From: a virus
Lineage: Duplodnaviria > Heunggongvirae > Uroviricota > Caudoviricetes
Length of the DNA stretch: 64,000 bases
Virus record (IMG/VR): IMGVR_UViG_3300048930_000283
Strand: one strand, 5' to 3'
Part shown: piece after piece, positions 1 through 10,041 of the stretch
Position numbering within the stretch: position 1 is the stretch's first letter
How the letters are laid out: each line of letters begins with the position of its first letter
Program-made: the position numbers and the translations under genes
Notes under the pieces: model-generated
Seen by the model: only the letters and a program-made list of their open reading frames with translations
Databases searched by the model: none
Told to the model about the DNA's origin: nothing

Positions 1-540
1 ATCTACGTACTGCTTAGATGCAGCGTGCAATGCATTTGTCGGATCTGCATGTAACGTCAGGTAATTTGTTAGTGTCCCTCCAGATAATTGCAAATATCTC
101 GAGTCCACTAACCCACTAATATCTGTGCTAGTTACTGCAATGTAATTACTTACCCTACCATAAGCATCATGTGCTATTTTATTCCATGTTGGAACTGTAC
201 TTCCTATGGTGGGTTGCCCTAGGTCTATAGTAGGATTTCCAGAAACACCATTACCATTAGTAACAGAAACTCTTGTTGATGCAGGTGTAGATATTGTTCT
301 ACCAGTGAAAGTATCTGCTGCCGTCTGTGTAACTAACCCATTCGTACTATATGAGGCTAATGCTGCTAGGGTGGCGTCATATGCCTGAACATCACTGCCT
401 ATAGTTAAACCTAGGTTTGCTCTAGCAGTAGGTGCAGATACTGCGCCTGTACCCCCATGCGCAACTGGTACAGTATCCCCAGTTTGAATCTGCTGAATTT
501 CCGCAGATGCATTTAATACTAACGGTTTCTTATCTGCCAT
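1..540 (-). CDS. Tail fibre protein, N-terminal part (runs off the window edge; not in ORF track)
   Basis: Hand translation from ATG at 540 (RBS GAGG): MADKKPLVLNAS...GGTGAVSAPTARANLGL...DAYGRV...YLQLSGGTLTNYLTLHADPTNALHAASKQYVD, typical fibre motifs. Confidence 0.8.
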   Translation of the reverse strand, partial: MADKKPLVLNASAEIQQIQTGDTVPVAHGGTGAVSAPTARANLGLTIGSDVQAYDATLAALASYSTNGLVTQTAADTFTGRTISTPASTRVSVTNGNGVSGNPTIDLGQPTIGSTVPTWNKIAHDAYGRVSNYIAVTSTDISGLVDSRYLQLSGGTLTNYLTLHADPTNALHAASKQYVD

Positions 541-550
541 CTTTTCCTCT

Positions 551-1213
551 TTATATTATTATCGGCGTTTCTATATCAATATACAATGAAGTTCCTGACA
601 TTGCCCTGCCCACCTGAATCAGGTTATTGTTAATGTCTGCTGAGTTAGTTATCTCTCCTATATTGGATGATGCATAATAAGGACCCAACAACAGAGGGCC
701 TATCATATTTGTTGCATCTTCCCAATCACCTGTGCTAGCTTCTAATATACCATTAATCTGTACTATACCGTATGACCCCACATCTATATTATCTGAACTA
801 ACAAACCCTATTATTTTCCTGTAGTTTGTCGCTATATTAGTTCTAACTACATCACTGTTTTCTGTGATTGAAACTAGAGTGCATTTCCTAAGGCTAACAG
901 TATCCATATTACGCACACTTACACTAACCACACCCGCAATTCCTGGGGGACCTTGAATTCCTGGTGGTCCTGCGACACCCTGTACCGCACCCCCAACTAC
1001 TACGGCACTTGGTTCCTCAATAATCAACTTACTAACAGACCCGTCACCATGAACAACTAAATTACTATCATAACTCTCTATCCTCAGAGTTGTTCCAGTA
1101 TCAGGAGAATTGACTGTTACATTTTTGTCATCACCAATAACAGTCAATGCCGCCTGACTTGCAGAGTTTAATTCTAGAGGACTATATATGTTTCGAACTA
1201 TAACATCACTCAA
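551..1213 (-). CDS. Virion structural protein with short collagen-like stretch
   Basis: GPPGIQGPPG; beta-rich C-terminus; structural context. Confidence 0.55.
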   Translation of the reverse strand: MSDVIVRNIYSPLELNSASQAALTVIGDDKNVTVNSPDTGTTLRIESYDSNLVVHGDGSVSKLIIEEPSAVVVGGAVQGVAGPPGIQGPPGIAGVVSVSVRNMDTVSLRKCTLVSITENSDVVRTNIATNYRKIIGFVSSDNIDVGSYGIVQINGILEASTGDWEDATNMIGPLLLGPYYASSNIGEITNSADINNNLIQVGRAMSGTSLYIDIETPIII

Positions 1214-1545
1214 GGGATAACTCCGTCTATTATAGTAAACGTGCCCTTAAGAAACTTTACTACATCAGTATTAGCTAATGTTACATTAATTTCGTACTTT
1301 CCTGATTCCATTGTACTTGTGGTAGCATTACTTATGAACAACTCAATTGTTCCGTTAGTACCTCCCAGAGTGATACCAGAGCCTACTGTTAACTGCAATA
1401 TTAGTGCCTGTGAGGAATCTCTTATTTGCATAACAGCAGAACAACCAGTAAGGTCAACTGGTTGATTATTACTTTGTGTCCAAGTTATGGTTTTTCTAAA
1501 AGTGGTGCCTCGAAAAACACTTATATTATGCTGTGGTACAATCAT
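1210..1545 (-). CDS. Baseplate/tail-fibre-associated Ig-like protein (BppU N-term-like)
   Basis: Start moved to MIVPQHNISVFRGTTF (RBS AGGA); 'RGTTF..TITW...PVDLTG...MQIR' pattern. Confidence 0.6.
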   Translation of the reverse strand: MIVPQHNISVFRGTTFRKTITWTQSNNQPVDLTGCSAVMQIRDSSQALILQLTVGSGITLGGTNGTIELFISNATTSTMESGKYEINVTLANTDVVKFLKGTFTIIDGVIP

Positions 1546-1546
1546 A

Positions 1547-3103
1547 TTATCCTGCCACCCATGCAGTACCATTATCAAAAACAGGGCAAACAACTGCCCC
1601 ACCGCCAGTCAATGTACCGAGGAATGTTGGTGCTGTTGCATCTGTGACATAAGCACGCCTACCTGCAACACCTGCTGCAGGCAATGTAGCAACTGTATAT
1701 CCTGATGTTTCAACCGTTCCATATAATTTCGTTCTAGTGGTGTTGCTGGTACCTATACTGGTTGTGTTAGACCCCAATCCAACAACGTCATACCCAACCA
1801 CAATCTCATTGGTATTACCATTAGCACTAGCCCTCGTCTGAAATCCAACATAAACTGAATTTGAGCAGGTTGTTGCTCCATCGGATCCTGCCCCATAGTA
1901 CCTACCTGCCCCATAACCAACAGCTGAATTATTGGTTCCACTAACATTTGATCTTAATGCACTGTGTCCAACTGATGTATTATTCTTTCCTGTGGTATTG
2001 TCCCTAAGGGCATATGACCCCAGTGCAGAATTATCATAACCAAATATATTTGCGTACATTGATTGATAACCGCAGGAAACATTCTCCTTTCCACTAGAAC
2101 TTGAGTAAAGTGAGTACACTCCCATTGAAGTATTTGCCCATCCCGAAGTGTTTCTAAACATTGAAGACCTACCCACAGATGTGTTATCTAATCCTGTGGT
2201 GTTACTCTTCATAGAGCTACTACCTATAGAGGTATTTGAGTAACCTGTGGTGTTACTTGACAATGAACGTCCTCCAACTGCAGTGTTTGTTCCTCCTGTA
2301 GTGTTTAATTCACCAGAATCTAATCCAATATACACATTTCCTAAATCCTCGTTCCCCCTAATCTCAATTGGTAGAGTATCTGCAGCAGTACCCTTAATAA
2401 CACTTGTTGGAATATATGCAGTTATCTCTTTAACTATTACATCATCAATTGTTACTGTACCAGTTGTGGTTATATTGGTGGGGGTCAGAGCAAATGCAAC
2501 GGACCCAGTGGTATCAGCAGCAATAACTTGATATTGCGAACTAGATAATGTATCGTCAGGTGACACTGCAAACCCACTGACAGATCCTATACTAGGAGTA
2601 ATAGAGGCATTATTAGCAATACTACTTGTCTGCGACCAAGAAACATAATATAACTTTCCGTTCTCAACTGTTATATTTTGACTAAGAGTTCCGCTGCCCC
2701 CATCATTTGTTAAAACCACATTATCTACGCCATATGCCCAATCAGCACCCAACGTCCATCCTGTTGCATTTCCTGTGAAATCTCCGTTCGTTATTAAATC
2801 AGATCCTAATGTGGCAGTTGCAGTGCCTGACCCAGTAATTGTAGTGGGTCCTAATGTGGTTGTTCCAGTTGAACTTAATGTGGTAAAATTACCAGCGGCT
2901 GGGGTTGTGCCTCCGATAATAGAATTGTCTATTGTACTTCCTGATATTACTCCTACTACTGCGATTTGTAATTCACTCTTAGATATTTGCTTGTTAGTGC
3001 CACCTGCACCCATTGTATTATCAGAAATATCCAACACCAAAAAGGTGTCACCTGACGCAACATCTAATCCATTAATTGAAACTAGGTCTGATTGTTTTGT
3101 CAT
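1547..3103 (-). CDS. Tail fibre/spike with CBM-like domain and ~17-aa NT(A/S)xG repeats
   Basis: LITNGDFTG..GW carbohydrate-binding-like motif; about 8 repeats of the form NT(S/A)(V/I)G..(S/A)(L/M)..NTTG. Confidence 0.7.
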   Translation of the reverse strand: MTKQSDLVSINGLDVASGDTFLVLDISDNTMGAGGTNKQISKSELQIAVVGVISGSTIDNSIIGGTTPAAGNFTTLSSTGTTTLGPTTITGSGTATATLGSDLITNGDFTGNATGWTLGADWAYGVDNVVLTNDGGSGTLSQNITVENGKLYYVSWSQTSSIANNASITPSIGSVSGFAVSPDDTLSSSQYQVIAADTTGSVAFALTPTNITTTGTVTIDDVIVKEITAYIPTSVIKGTAADTLPIEIRGNEDLGNVYIGLDSGELNTTGGTNTAVGGRSLSSNTTGYSNTSIGSSSMKSNTTGLDNTSVGRSSMFRNTSGWANTSMGVYSLYSSSSGKENVSCGYQSMYANIFGYDNSALGSYALRDNTTGKNNTSVGHSALRSNVSGTNNSAVGYGAGRYYGAGSDGATTCSNSVYVGFQTRASANGNTNEIVVGYDVVGLGSNTTSIGTSNTTRTKLYGTVETSGYTVATLPAAGVAGRRAYVTDATAPTFLGTLTGGGAVVCPVFDNGTAWVAG

Positions 3104-3108
3104 ATTAA

Positions 3109-3654
3109 TTACTCAGATAAATTCTCTACCATATCATGCAGAGTACCGTACTCTTTATCTGACTTAACTACACCAGAACCTGAGACCAACCCAGCATACA
3201 TTCCGTTTCTTTTGAGAACATTAAAATCACCAAACTGAACAACATCATATCCCATACTCATTGCAGTATTTATATGTTCGTTTAAACCAACATTACCCGT
3301 GGTTTCAGTTGTCACCTTAACTTTAACTCCCTCTTTTATTTCTCTTTTGCCTTTAGTCTTTACTTCGAACTCAACTAAAGGATTGAACTCAATAGATTCA
3401 CGAAGAGGTACAAATATTTTTCCTCCAACGATGACCTCGAGTCTTGACTCATATACACCTGCAGGTAAAATTCCCTTTAACTTAGGCACTCTTACTTTTA
3501 TAGATCCTTTTTCCTCCTGGCATCTGCAAATAATATCAAAACCTTCACCCTCAATAACGAATCTAATATCAGATGCCTTCTCTGCAGTACCAAAGACCTC
3601 AACTTCAAAGTCTAATTCAGCTGCTTCCTGTAGATCAATTTTTCCTAGGATCAT
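3109..3654 (-). CDS. Hypothetical protein
   Basis: 181-aa ORF, tightly packed in the operon. Confidence 0.6.
   Translation of the reverse strand: MILGKIDLQEAAELDFEVEVFGTAEKASDIRFVIEGEGFDIICRCQEEKGSIKVRVPKLKGILPAGVYESRLEVIVGGKIFVPLRESIEFNPLVEFEVKTKGKREIKEGVKVKVTTETTGNVGLNEHINTAMSMGYDVVQFGDFNVLKRNGMYAGLVSGSGVVKSDKEYGTLHDMVENLSE
3267..3274 (-). promoter_or_regulatory. Possible late promoter TATAAATA (inside CDS, upstream of fibre gene)
   Basis: Exact T4 late -10 box 164 nt upstream of the 3103 start. Confidence 0.35.
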
Positions 3655-4007
3655 TTTCTTCTAACCTTTACTATTGTCTGTATAATATTTATTGTTTTCA
3701 ATCTTGCTTTGGTTGTTATGTCATTGATAAATTGAACAAATTTCGTAAATCTAGCAATAACCTTCTCTAGAGCCTTACCAACTAATGGATTCACCCAGCG
3801 CTCTTCCACCCATTCTTTATCTTTTCTTCGTATTCTGACAATAACCTTGTACTCAACCTGTTCATATGGCCACCATACTGAAGCTGGGCTACCACCACCT
3901 GATGGAACCGGGACAACTTGGATACTAACTTTGAGTCCCAGCACACTAAAATAGGTGTGACCAGCTCGTATTCCTTCGGTTGCAACTGTATAGTGCCAGT
4001 ATGCCAC
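3651..4007 (-). CDS. Hypothetical protein
   Basis: ORF with stop/start overlap. Confidence 0.55.
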   Translation of the reverse strand: MAYWHYTVATEGIRAGHTYFSVLGLKVSIQVVPVPSGGGSPASVWWPYEQVEYKVIVRIRRKDKEWVEERWVNPLVGKALEKVIARFTKFVQFINDITTKARLKTINIIQTIVKVRRK

Positions 4008-4008
4008 A

Positions 4009-4677
4009 TTATATCCTCGTTACTGTAGTACTATTAGTATCAGTTACGATTTGCTGCTGCACCTCTGCACCAGCAGTTCTACTAGTATTAGTTACAACTA
4101 ATGGTTTTGTTGGGTCTAAACCATACAGGCGATATATCTCAATAAGCATTGTTGCTTGTGATTCCGTTAAACCATTTTGCAATGCCATTAAATGTGTTAT
4201 TTCAGTTAATAGTTCCGCTCGTATTGCATCTGCTATATTTGAATTCCCTAGTGCGGATAATGTTCTTTGCGAATATGTCCACACATCTGCGGCGGTTAAT
4301 GTTCCACCACTAGTTGCTATACCCTGTGCTTGTGTAGAGTTTCTCAATTGAACCAACACAGTATAATTGCCTAAAGTAGGTGTCATAATATCTGCACCAG
4401 CATCACCAAATAAGTTACCATTAATCGTTAATGTGTGGTCTACTTCATCAGGACGAATTACCCACCCATTGATTTGAATTAAAGTTATACCAGTATATAA
4501 GCCCCCTCCTATTGGGTCTCCGCCAATTGCAGTAAATGCAGGCAAATATTTTGAGTTGTCTCCAACCAAAACCCACTCTTTCCAATCTGAATATAAATCA
4601 ATCTTAGCATCTAAACTTGTTATGCCTGAATCTACTATGATTAATTTATTGGGACCATCAAATGTAACTTTAGACAT
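4009..4677 (-). CDS. Putative virion structural protein
   Basis: MSKVTFDGPNKLIIV...DLYSDWKEW; structural context. Confidence 0.55.
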   Translation of the reverse strand: MSKVTFDGPNKLIIVDSGITSLDAKIDLYSDWKEWVLVGDNSKYLPAFTAIGGDPIGGGLYTGITLIQINGWVIRPDEVDHTLTINGNLFGDAGADIMTPTLGNYTVLVQLRNSTQAQGIATSGGTLTAADVWTYSQRTLSALGNSNIADAIRAELLTEITHLMALQNGLTESQATMLIEIYRLYGLDPTKPLVVTNTSRTAGAEVQQQIVTDTNSTTVTRI

Positions 4678-5234
4678 TATTTTTTATGTTTCTTATTAAT
4701 TATTTCGTGAAATTGTTCAATTTCTTTTTCTGTCATTGGTTCAACCTTAAATTCATTTACTTCTGGTTTCATTTCAACCGCAGGTTTGGGTTCGTATTCA
4801 GTTGGTTCAATCTTTCTTTGGCCGATTGGTTTATTCAAAAGTTTAACGTGAATTCTTTTTAAGGTAGGATCCAATTCAACTGACCATATATCAAAAAAAT
4901 TGCCCCATGACGTTATACCTTCTAGCATGTCAGCTTCTATAATGTCAATTACATTTTTCTCTCGAACCGACCAATCCCATTTTAGATTATTTTTCTTTCG
5001 CAACGATGCATCCGTGCATGTTTTAAATACAAAATCAAAATCAGTTTCCGGTTTAATGACAATAATTTCACCTGTTTTTGATAATGTAATATCCCATTCT
5101 TTAGTAAAGTTGCTCCAATTTGCATAGGGAGGTAATTTAGATAATATTCGGTCTTGAACTTCTTTTTGTGATTCTCTAAAGTCTCCTGCCTTTGCTCTAA
5201 AACAAGCATTTCTAACATCTGATCTTTTCAACAT
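4677..5234 (-). CDS. Hypothetical protein
   Basis: 185-aa ORF with RBS GGAG. Confidence 0.55.
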   Translation of the reverse strand: MLKRSDVRNACFRAKAGDFRESQKEVQDRILSKLPPYANWSNFTKEWDITLSKTGEIIVIKPETDFDFVFKTCTDASLRKKNNLKWDWSVREKNVIDIIEADMLEGITSWGNFFDIWSVELDPTLKRIHVKLLNKPIGQRKIEPTEYEPKPAVEMKPEVNEFKVEPMTEKEIEQFHEIINKKHKK

Positions 5235-5296
5235 ATTTCACATATCTCCATAAATGTTATTTTCACCCATTGATCTAAATTACCCACAAAATTATT

Positions 5297-7153
5297 TTAT
5301 AAGTTTGAATAATTCCGCTCAAGTGCAGAGACCAAAGAAATTGCATTGGATGTTGATCTTGCAATAGTACCTGTTGCTTTAACATACTGACTTGATCCTA
5401 ACCCAATTGCAACTGCAGTAATATCAGCATTTGTTCCTGCAGTTCTGCCACCTTGCACGTTACCATCATAGTTAAATGAATGTGTAACACTTGCTCTCTT
5501 TGTTGGCCATGCAGGATTTACATCACCTGACATATCAACTGCATCATTATCATCTACAATAATAGCATTTGTGGTGCCAAATTGGTTACCACCAGCATTG
5601 GTAAAGAATACCCAATACTTAGCATATTGATCGTTCTGAAGGTTATCACCAAAGTTAACAACCAATGATGCTACATATGGGAAAGTTCTTGATGTTCCAG
5701 ACCAGTCATAGAACTCAATTGCGTTGGTATCTTGCGTATTGAAACTATCAATATACACATTGGTGGAAGTAACTAAAGTGTCACCAACGAATCTCAATAA
5801 TGCATCTGCTGTTTTACCAGTAACTGATGCTGTTGCGTCGGCATCAATATCACTGTTCTGACGTAATGACCACTGAACCTTTTCATAAATTTCTGCAGTT
5901 CTAGCATCACCGGAAGATGCGGCAGCAACATCTGTATCAGCGTCGATAATGACATTAAACGCATACCAAGAAGCACCAATTTGACGTTCACCTTCATATG
6001 CAGACCAGTTTGTAGCATTACTTTCTGGTTCGGTTGCGTTGGATGTATAGGCAAGAATACACTTATACCATCTTCCGTTTGCTGATTGGGTAACATCAGC
6101 TAATGCATAAGAATAGGATGATGGGTTGTAATCACCTAAAATATTGTAACGAGCATCTGTAGTATGTCGTAGGTAGGTGATGTTTACTTTGGTATATACT
6201 TCCTTTGTTGTGGTTCCCTGAACAGTAATAACACCACCTGGATCAGCAACAGTATATGTGAATGTGTCGGTATCGGATACAGTAACAGTATATGTTCCAT
6301 TATATCCAGAAGGGGTAACTCCAGCAACAACAACCGAATCACCTGTAGTTAAACCATGTGCTGATGCGGTATTAATTGTTGCTGAACCACCCGACCATGA
6401 GCCAGAGGATGTTGCAACACCACCAACTGCAGCATCAATATGAGTAATTTTTAGGTCATTACTGTTAGATAGCGGGAAACGATATGCCTGATATGATAGT
6501 GATGTAACACCGATATCTGCAATTGCTGACTGTGCATATTGTTTAGCATATTCACGAACGAAAATCTTAAAGTATGTTCTACGATCAAAACCATCACCAT
6601 ATGCACCATCACCGTTAGGGTCATCAATTATCTGAACAGCTTGGTTAACAGGCCCAGATAGTTTGAAGTTAACTGATGCTGTATCCTGGTTAACTTGTTG
6701 ATAGTAAACCTGGTCGGTCGAATCAACCATAGTACCAAGAGTAACAACACCTGCCCACTGTTCGGTGATGTTACCAGAAGTATTAACGACAGACCAACCA
6801 CCAGTTCTTAGTAATTGTGTTGTGTTTGCAGATGCACCACCTGACGTATTGGTTTTATCCCAGTTCCAACCGCTAACCAGTTCAAACTGTTCATCCGTAA
6901 TAGGATTCATAGCAAATGAGAATTTGATCAGGGTAGCGTCTGTACGCCAAATTTCCTTTAACTTTGAATAAACACACTTAATAGTTGCGCCATCAGTACC
7001 AAGTGTACCAGTTACCTTAAGTGCGATTTTCTTATTTGCGTGGTCAATAATCAACTCATCTGTTGCCCCGGCAAAATCTGTGTCTAGGTCTGTAGAAAGG
7101 GCGTAACTTAGAGAATCTGGGTCAACAATTGGGCTTCCTGTATATGCTGGCAT
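5297..7153 (-). CDS. Virion structural (tail-associated) protein
   Basis: 618 aa, T/S/G/N-rich, RBS AGGAG, candidate late box upstream. Confidence 0.6.
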   Translation of the reverse strand: MPAYTGSPIVDPDSLSYALSTDLDTDFAGATDELIIDHANKKIALKVTGTLGTDGATIKCVYSKLKEIWRTDATLIKFSFAMNPITDEQFELVSGWNWDKTNTSGGASANTTQLLRTGGWSVVNTSGNITEQWAGVVTLGTMVDSTDQVYYQQVNQDTASVNFKLSGPVNQAVQIIDDPNGDGAYGDGFDRRTYFKIFVREYAKQYAQSAIADIGVTSLSYQAYRFPLSNSNDLKITHIDAAVGGVATSSGSWSGGSATINTASAHGLTTGDSVVVAGVTPSGYNGTYTVTVSDTDTFTYTVADPGGVITVQGTTTKEVYTKVNITYLRHTTDARYNILGDYNPSSYSYALADVTQSANGRWYKCILAYTSNATEPESNATNWSAYEGERQIGASWYAFNVIIDADTDVAAASSGDARTAEIYEKVQWSLRQNSDIDADATASVTGKTADALLRFVGDTLVTSTNVYIDSFNTQDTNAIEFYDWSGTSRTFPYVASLVVNFGDNLQNDQYAKYWVFFTNAGGNQFGTTNAIIVDDNDAVDMSGDVNPAWPTKRASVTHSFNYDGNVQGGRTAGTNADITAVAIGLGSSQYVKATGTIARSTSNAISLVSALERNYSNL

Positions 7154-7197
7154 GGTTTAGTAAACTCCTGTTTTAGTCATCATATTGTTTATTTGTA

Positions 7198-7205
7198 TAT
7201 TTATC
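7198..7205 (-). promoter_or_regulatory. Late promoter-like GATAAATA
   Basis: 1 mismatch to TATAAATA, 45 nt upstream of the 7153 start. Confidence 0.45.
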
Positions 7206-9879
7206 ATGGATTGTAATACTGTCTATCTGTGTTCTGCGCCACCTGTAATGAACCGCCTGTCACTTTCAGTGTAAAGGCTGGACGTAATGCCTGGTAGTTG
7301 TTATGGAAAACTACGATATAAACTGGAAGATCAGACGCATAGTAATAAGAATATTTGACTCTATATCTACCAGCATTATCTGGGTCCGCATCTACTGTTA
7401 CTCCATTCAGACCACTTGGAGATGCCCCAACATTCTCTGCTCCACCCAATTCAGACAAGTCGGATTGTTTGTATATTCTAACTTCAGTTCCGTCTATAAT
7501 ATTTGTTACATAAAAATCAACAGGATCATCTAATGGATATTGAATAGCTTGTGCTGTTGTATTGCTGCTAGTTAATGCATAAACTTCTGTCAAAATGTTA
7601 GCAGCGTTTGTTGCACTTGCTGTGACCCTGATCTTGAATTTGAAGCCGGCAACCTCATCCACTGTCTCACCTGATAAGTTCGATGCATTAAATGTCTTCC
7701 ATGTTCCATTCCAGCCAGATCCTGTGTCAATCTGGTATTCTGTAGTTATGTTAGTTGAGGTTGTAATTGTGGGTGCACTGTTCTGGAAGCTATCAATACC
7801 AATTATAGTGTGCGGCCATTCAAATATAGCGTAGTCACCTGAGTTAACTAATGCTAAACCTTGTGTAGAGTTAAACCCTGAAGTTCCTGTGGATGATGTA
7901 CTAAAGCTTGTAGTTACATATGGTGCATACTCTGCTGTAGGTTCACTAAACTTTAAACCTAAGCGCCCAGCTGTTGTACTGGTAAAATGATGATAAAAAC
8001 ATGAACCGTATATAGACGCAGTAGAAGCGGGTGCAATTCCTGCAAACCCGCTGTTCTTAACAATTTGGTTCAGTGCTGCAGACACCAGGTTCTTATATAC
8101 TGTGACGTTACCTTCGCAGTTCTCGATCAGCACTTCCTTGCTGGAGTTCACTGCGTTGTAAAACGTGGTAGCTATAAGGTTGAAATAAATGCGCTGGAAC
8201 TTCAAGCGCTGTGAGTTACCCGCATCATTACAGAAGTACAGCATGGCGTTGCTAGACCCTGCCGACAACTTACTAGCGTAGGTTCCAATATTCCTGGCCT
8301 TGACCCCATAAGCAGCGTTTAGATACAATATAGCCGTGTCAGGATGCACGTTAGCAACTGAGGTATACCATGAAAAGCCACTGATTACAGTATTCGAAGT
8401 ACCACCAATTAATTGAATAACTCCAACAGGTGGTGTTGTTGAACTTGATGTAGTATGGTGACTATCAGCGTATTGTTGATTGTTAATTGTAGTGTCTGTG
8501 CAAGTCAAAAAGTATAAAGATCCTCCAACATTTACGCAATTATTAAATGTCAAGCCGTCGCAATATGCAGCATAGAACGGGTGCGACGCCGCGTTGGTGC
8601 GGAATGTCCTGTTGGCAAAGAAGCATCCTGTGAAGGTCAGGTCGTTGCAATACTGGACGTTTGTGCCGTAGTCTGCCGACCCGATGGTACCGGTGCGGCC
8701 CAGTTTGCAACTGTCAATCGTTCCACCAGCGAAGTTGGATGTCAGCACCATCGCGGGCGCATCCTGCGCAATGGTGTAGTTGCCGTTGTGGCACTCCAAC
8801 AGATCAAGCGCGGTCGCGCATTCCGTCAGGGTGTATTGGTCGAAGAGTGCGAGGTTGTGCAACCGTAATGAGTACGCCTGCGACGAGTTGATCTGCCAAT
8901 GGCCAATAGCCCCGTCAATATCGATCTGGCCCGCGTTGGTGGTGGTGAAGTCCGGCCGCGTCGCCAGCGTGCCGTTGGGCACGGAATCCGAAGCCCGCGA
9001 GGCCGTGGCCGCCGACTTGAGGAATACGTTCGGTACGCGAAACTTCGCTCCACTTGTCGGTATTTTACCCCATGCAGTAGTACCGTTACCACCAAAGCGG
9101 ATGATGCCGCCACCTAAACACTCACAGAACTTACTACGAGCATCTGTTCCCATATGTGAAGCAGACCAAAATGTACCTGTACCTGTAATACAAGCTGGCC
9201 AGAATTCCCATGTACCGTTTGCAGCTTCATCAACCCATACACCAGGTAGATAGAAGTTAGCACCGCCATAATTAGGGAATTGTACCTGTTGATGCGCTGA
9301 ACCTGATCCTGTGGTTTCAGACTCGAACCAATCCCCTGTGATTGTGAATTTCTGTGCTCGGCCAATAGTAAAGCCAGCAGCGTCGTCCATGACAACTTCG
9401 ATCCATCCTCGGCGCCCTATACCATTTGCCAAACATAAATCTGTGGAGCCTTGAATCTCAAGTGTCTCATTATCTTGAAACGTGCCTGTGACACTCTTAA
9501 GCTTGAGGTATCCCGTCGCCGGCATAGCCGACCCGGCCGCTGTGGGCGTGGCGTTGATGGCCGACGTGCAGTTCATCAACTCGCCATACGCCCCGGAAGT
9601 CACCCCTGCGATGATGGTGCCCAGGGCCGGGACGTTTGGCGTGCCGATGCGGCCGTCGTAAGCGATCAGCCACACCTTCGTACCATCAATAACAACCTCG
9701 CCGCCCGAGGCCGCCGTCATAGTGAAAGACCCCATCGACCCAGCACGAGACGCTGCAGCATTCTTGCCGTCGCGGGTGTCGCTATCTATGGTGAAGACAG
9801 CGCCTGAATTAATGGTAAATGCTTCTCCTGCGGTTCTTGCTGCAGAATCAAATGTTTGCGATGTGCTTATTGTAGCTAT
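7204..9879 (-). CDS. Large tail spike/fibre with beta-helix-like region; probable 48-codon N-terminal extension beginning at ATA
   Basis: Frame stays open from 9735 up to ATA-GCT-ACA-ATA-AGC (IATISTSQTFDSAARTAGEAFTI...), with an in-frame TAA two codons further upstream. Confidence 0.65.
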   Translation of the reverse strand: MATISTSQTFDSAARTAGEAFTINSGAVFTIDSDTRDGKNAAASRAGSMGSFTMTAASGGEVVIDGTKVWLIAYDGRIGTPNVPALGTIIAGVTSGAYGELMNCTSAINATPTAAGSAMPATGYLKLKSVTGTFQDNETLEIQGSTDLCLANGIGRRGWIEVVMDDAAGFTIGRAQKFTITGDWFESETTGSGSAHQQVQFPNYGGANFYLPGVWVDEAANGTWEFWPACITGTGTFWSASHMGTDARSKFCECLGGGIIRFGGNGTTAWGKIPTSGAKFRVPNVFLKSAATASRASDSVPNGTLATRPDFTTTNAGQIDIDGAIGHWQINSSQAYSLRLHNLALFDQYTLTECATALDLLECHNGNYTIAQDAPAMVLTSNFAGGTIDSCKLGRTGTIGSADYGTNVQYCNDLTFTGCFFANRTFRTNAASHPFYAAYCDGLTFNNCVNVGGSLYFLTCTDTTINNQQYADSHHTTSSSTTPPVGVIQLIGGTSNTVISGFSWYTSVANVHPDTAILYLNAAYGVKARNIGTYASKLSAGSSNAMLYFCNDAGNSQRLKFQRIYFNLIATTFYNAVNSSKEVLIENCEGNVTVYKNLVSAALNQIVKNSGFAGIAPASTASIYGSCFYHHFTSTTAGRLGLKFSEPTAEYAPYVTTSFSTSSTGTSGFNSTQGLALVNSGDYAIFEWPHTIIGIDSFQNSAPTITTSTNITTEYQIDTGSGWNGTWKTFNASNLSGETVDEVAGFKFKIRVTASATNAANILTEVYALTSSNTTAQAIQYPLDDPVDFYVTNIIDGTEVRIYKQSDLSELGGAENVGASPSGLNGVTVDADPDNAGRYRVKYSYYYASDLPVYIVVFHNNYQALRPAFTLKVTGGSLQVAQNTDRQYYNP

Positions 9880-9882
9880 GAC

Positions 9883-10040
9883 TTACCCTTTCAAAACAAT
9901 TTCAATATTATTATCACTCTCTACGATAACCATATCAAGTGGTGCTTTATTATCAGATAATCTAATAGTTATAACAGTTTCTGCGGATAAGTCATAGATA
10001 AAGCATACAATTCACCAATAAGCTCTTGAAGTGTAATCAT
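9883..10040 (-). pseudogene. Small ORF with apparent 1-nt deletion frameshift
   Basis: MITLQELIGELYALSMTY then, after TATCCGCAG, AETVITIRLSDNKAPLDMVIVESDNNIEIVLKG* in another frame; span is 158 nt (3n-1). Confidence 0.5.
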
Positions 10041-10041
10041 G

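Noticed and set aside
8581-9807. Cluster of overlapping Arg/Pro-rich ORFs on both strands
   Set aside because: A by-product of stop-codon scarcity in the GC-rich patches
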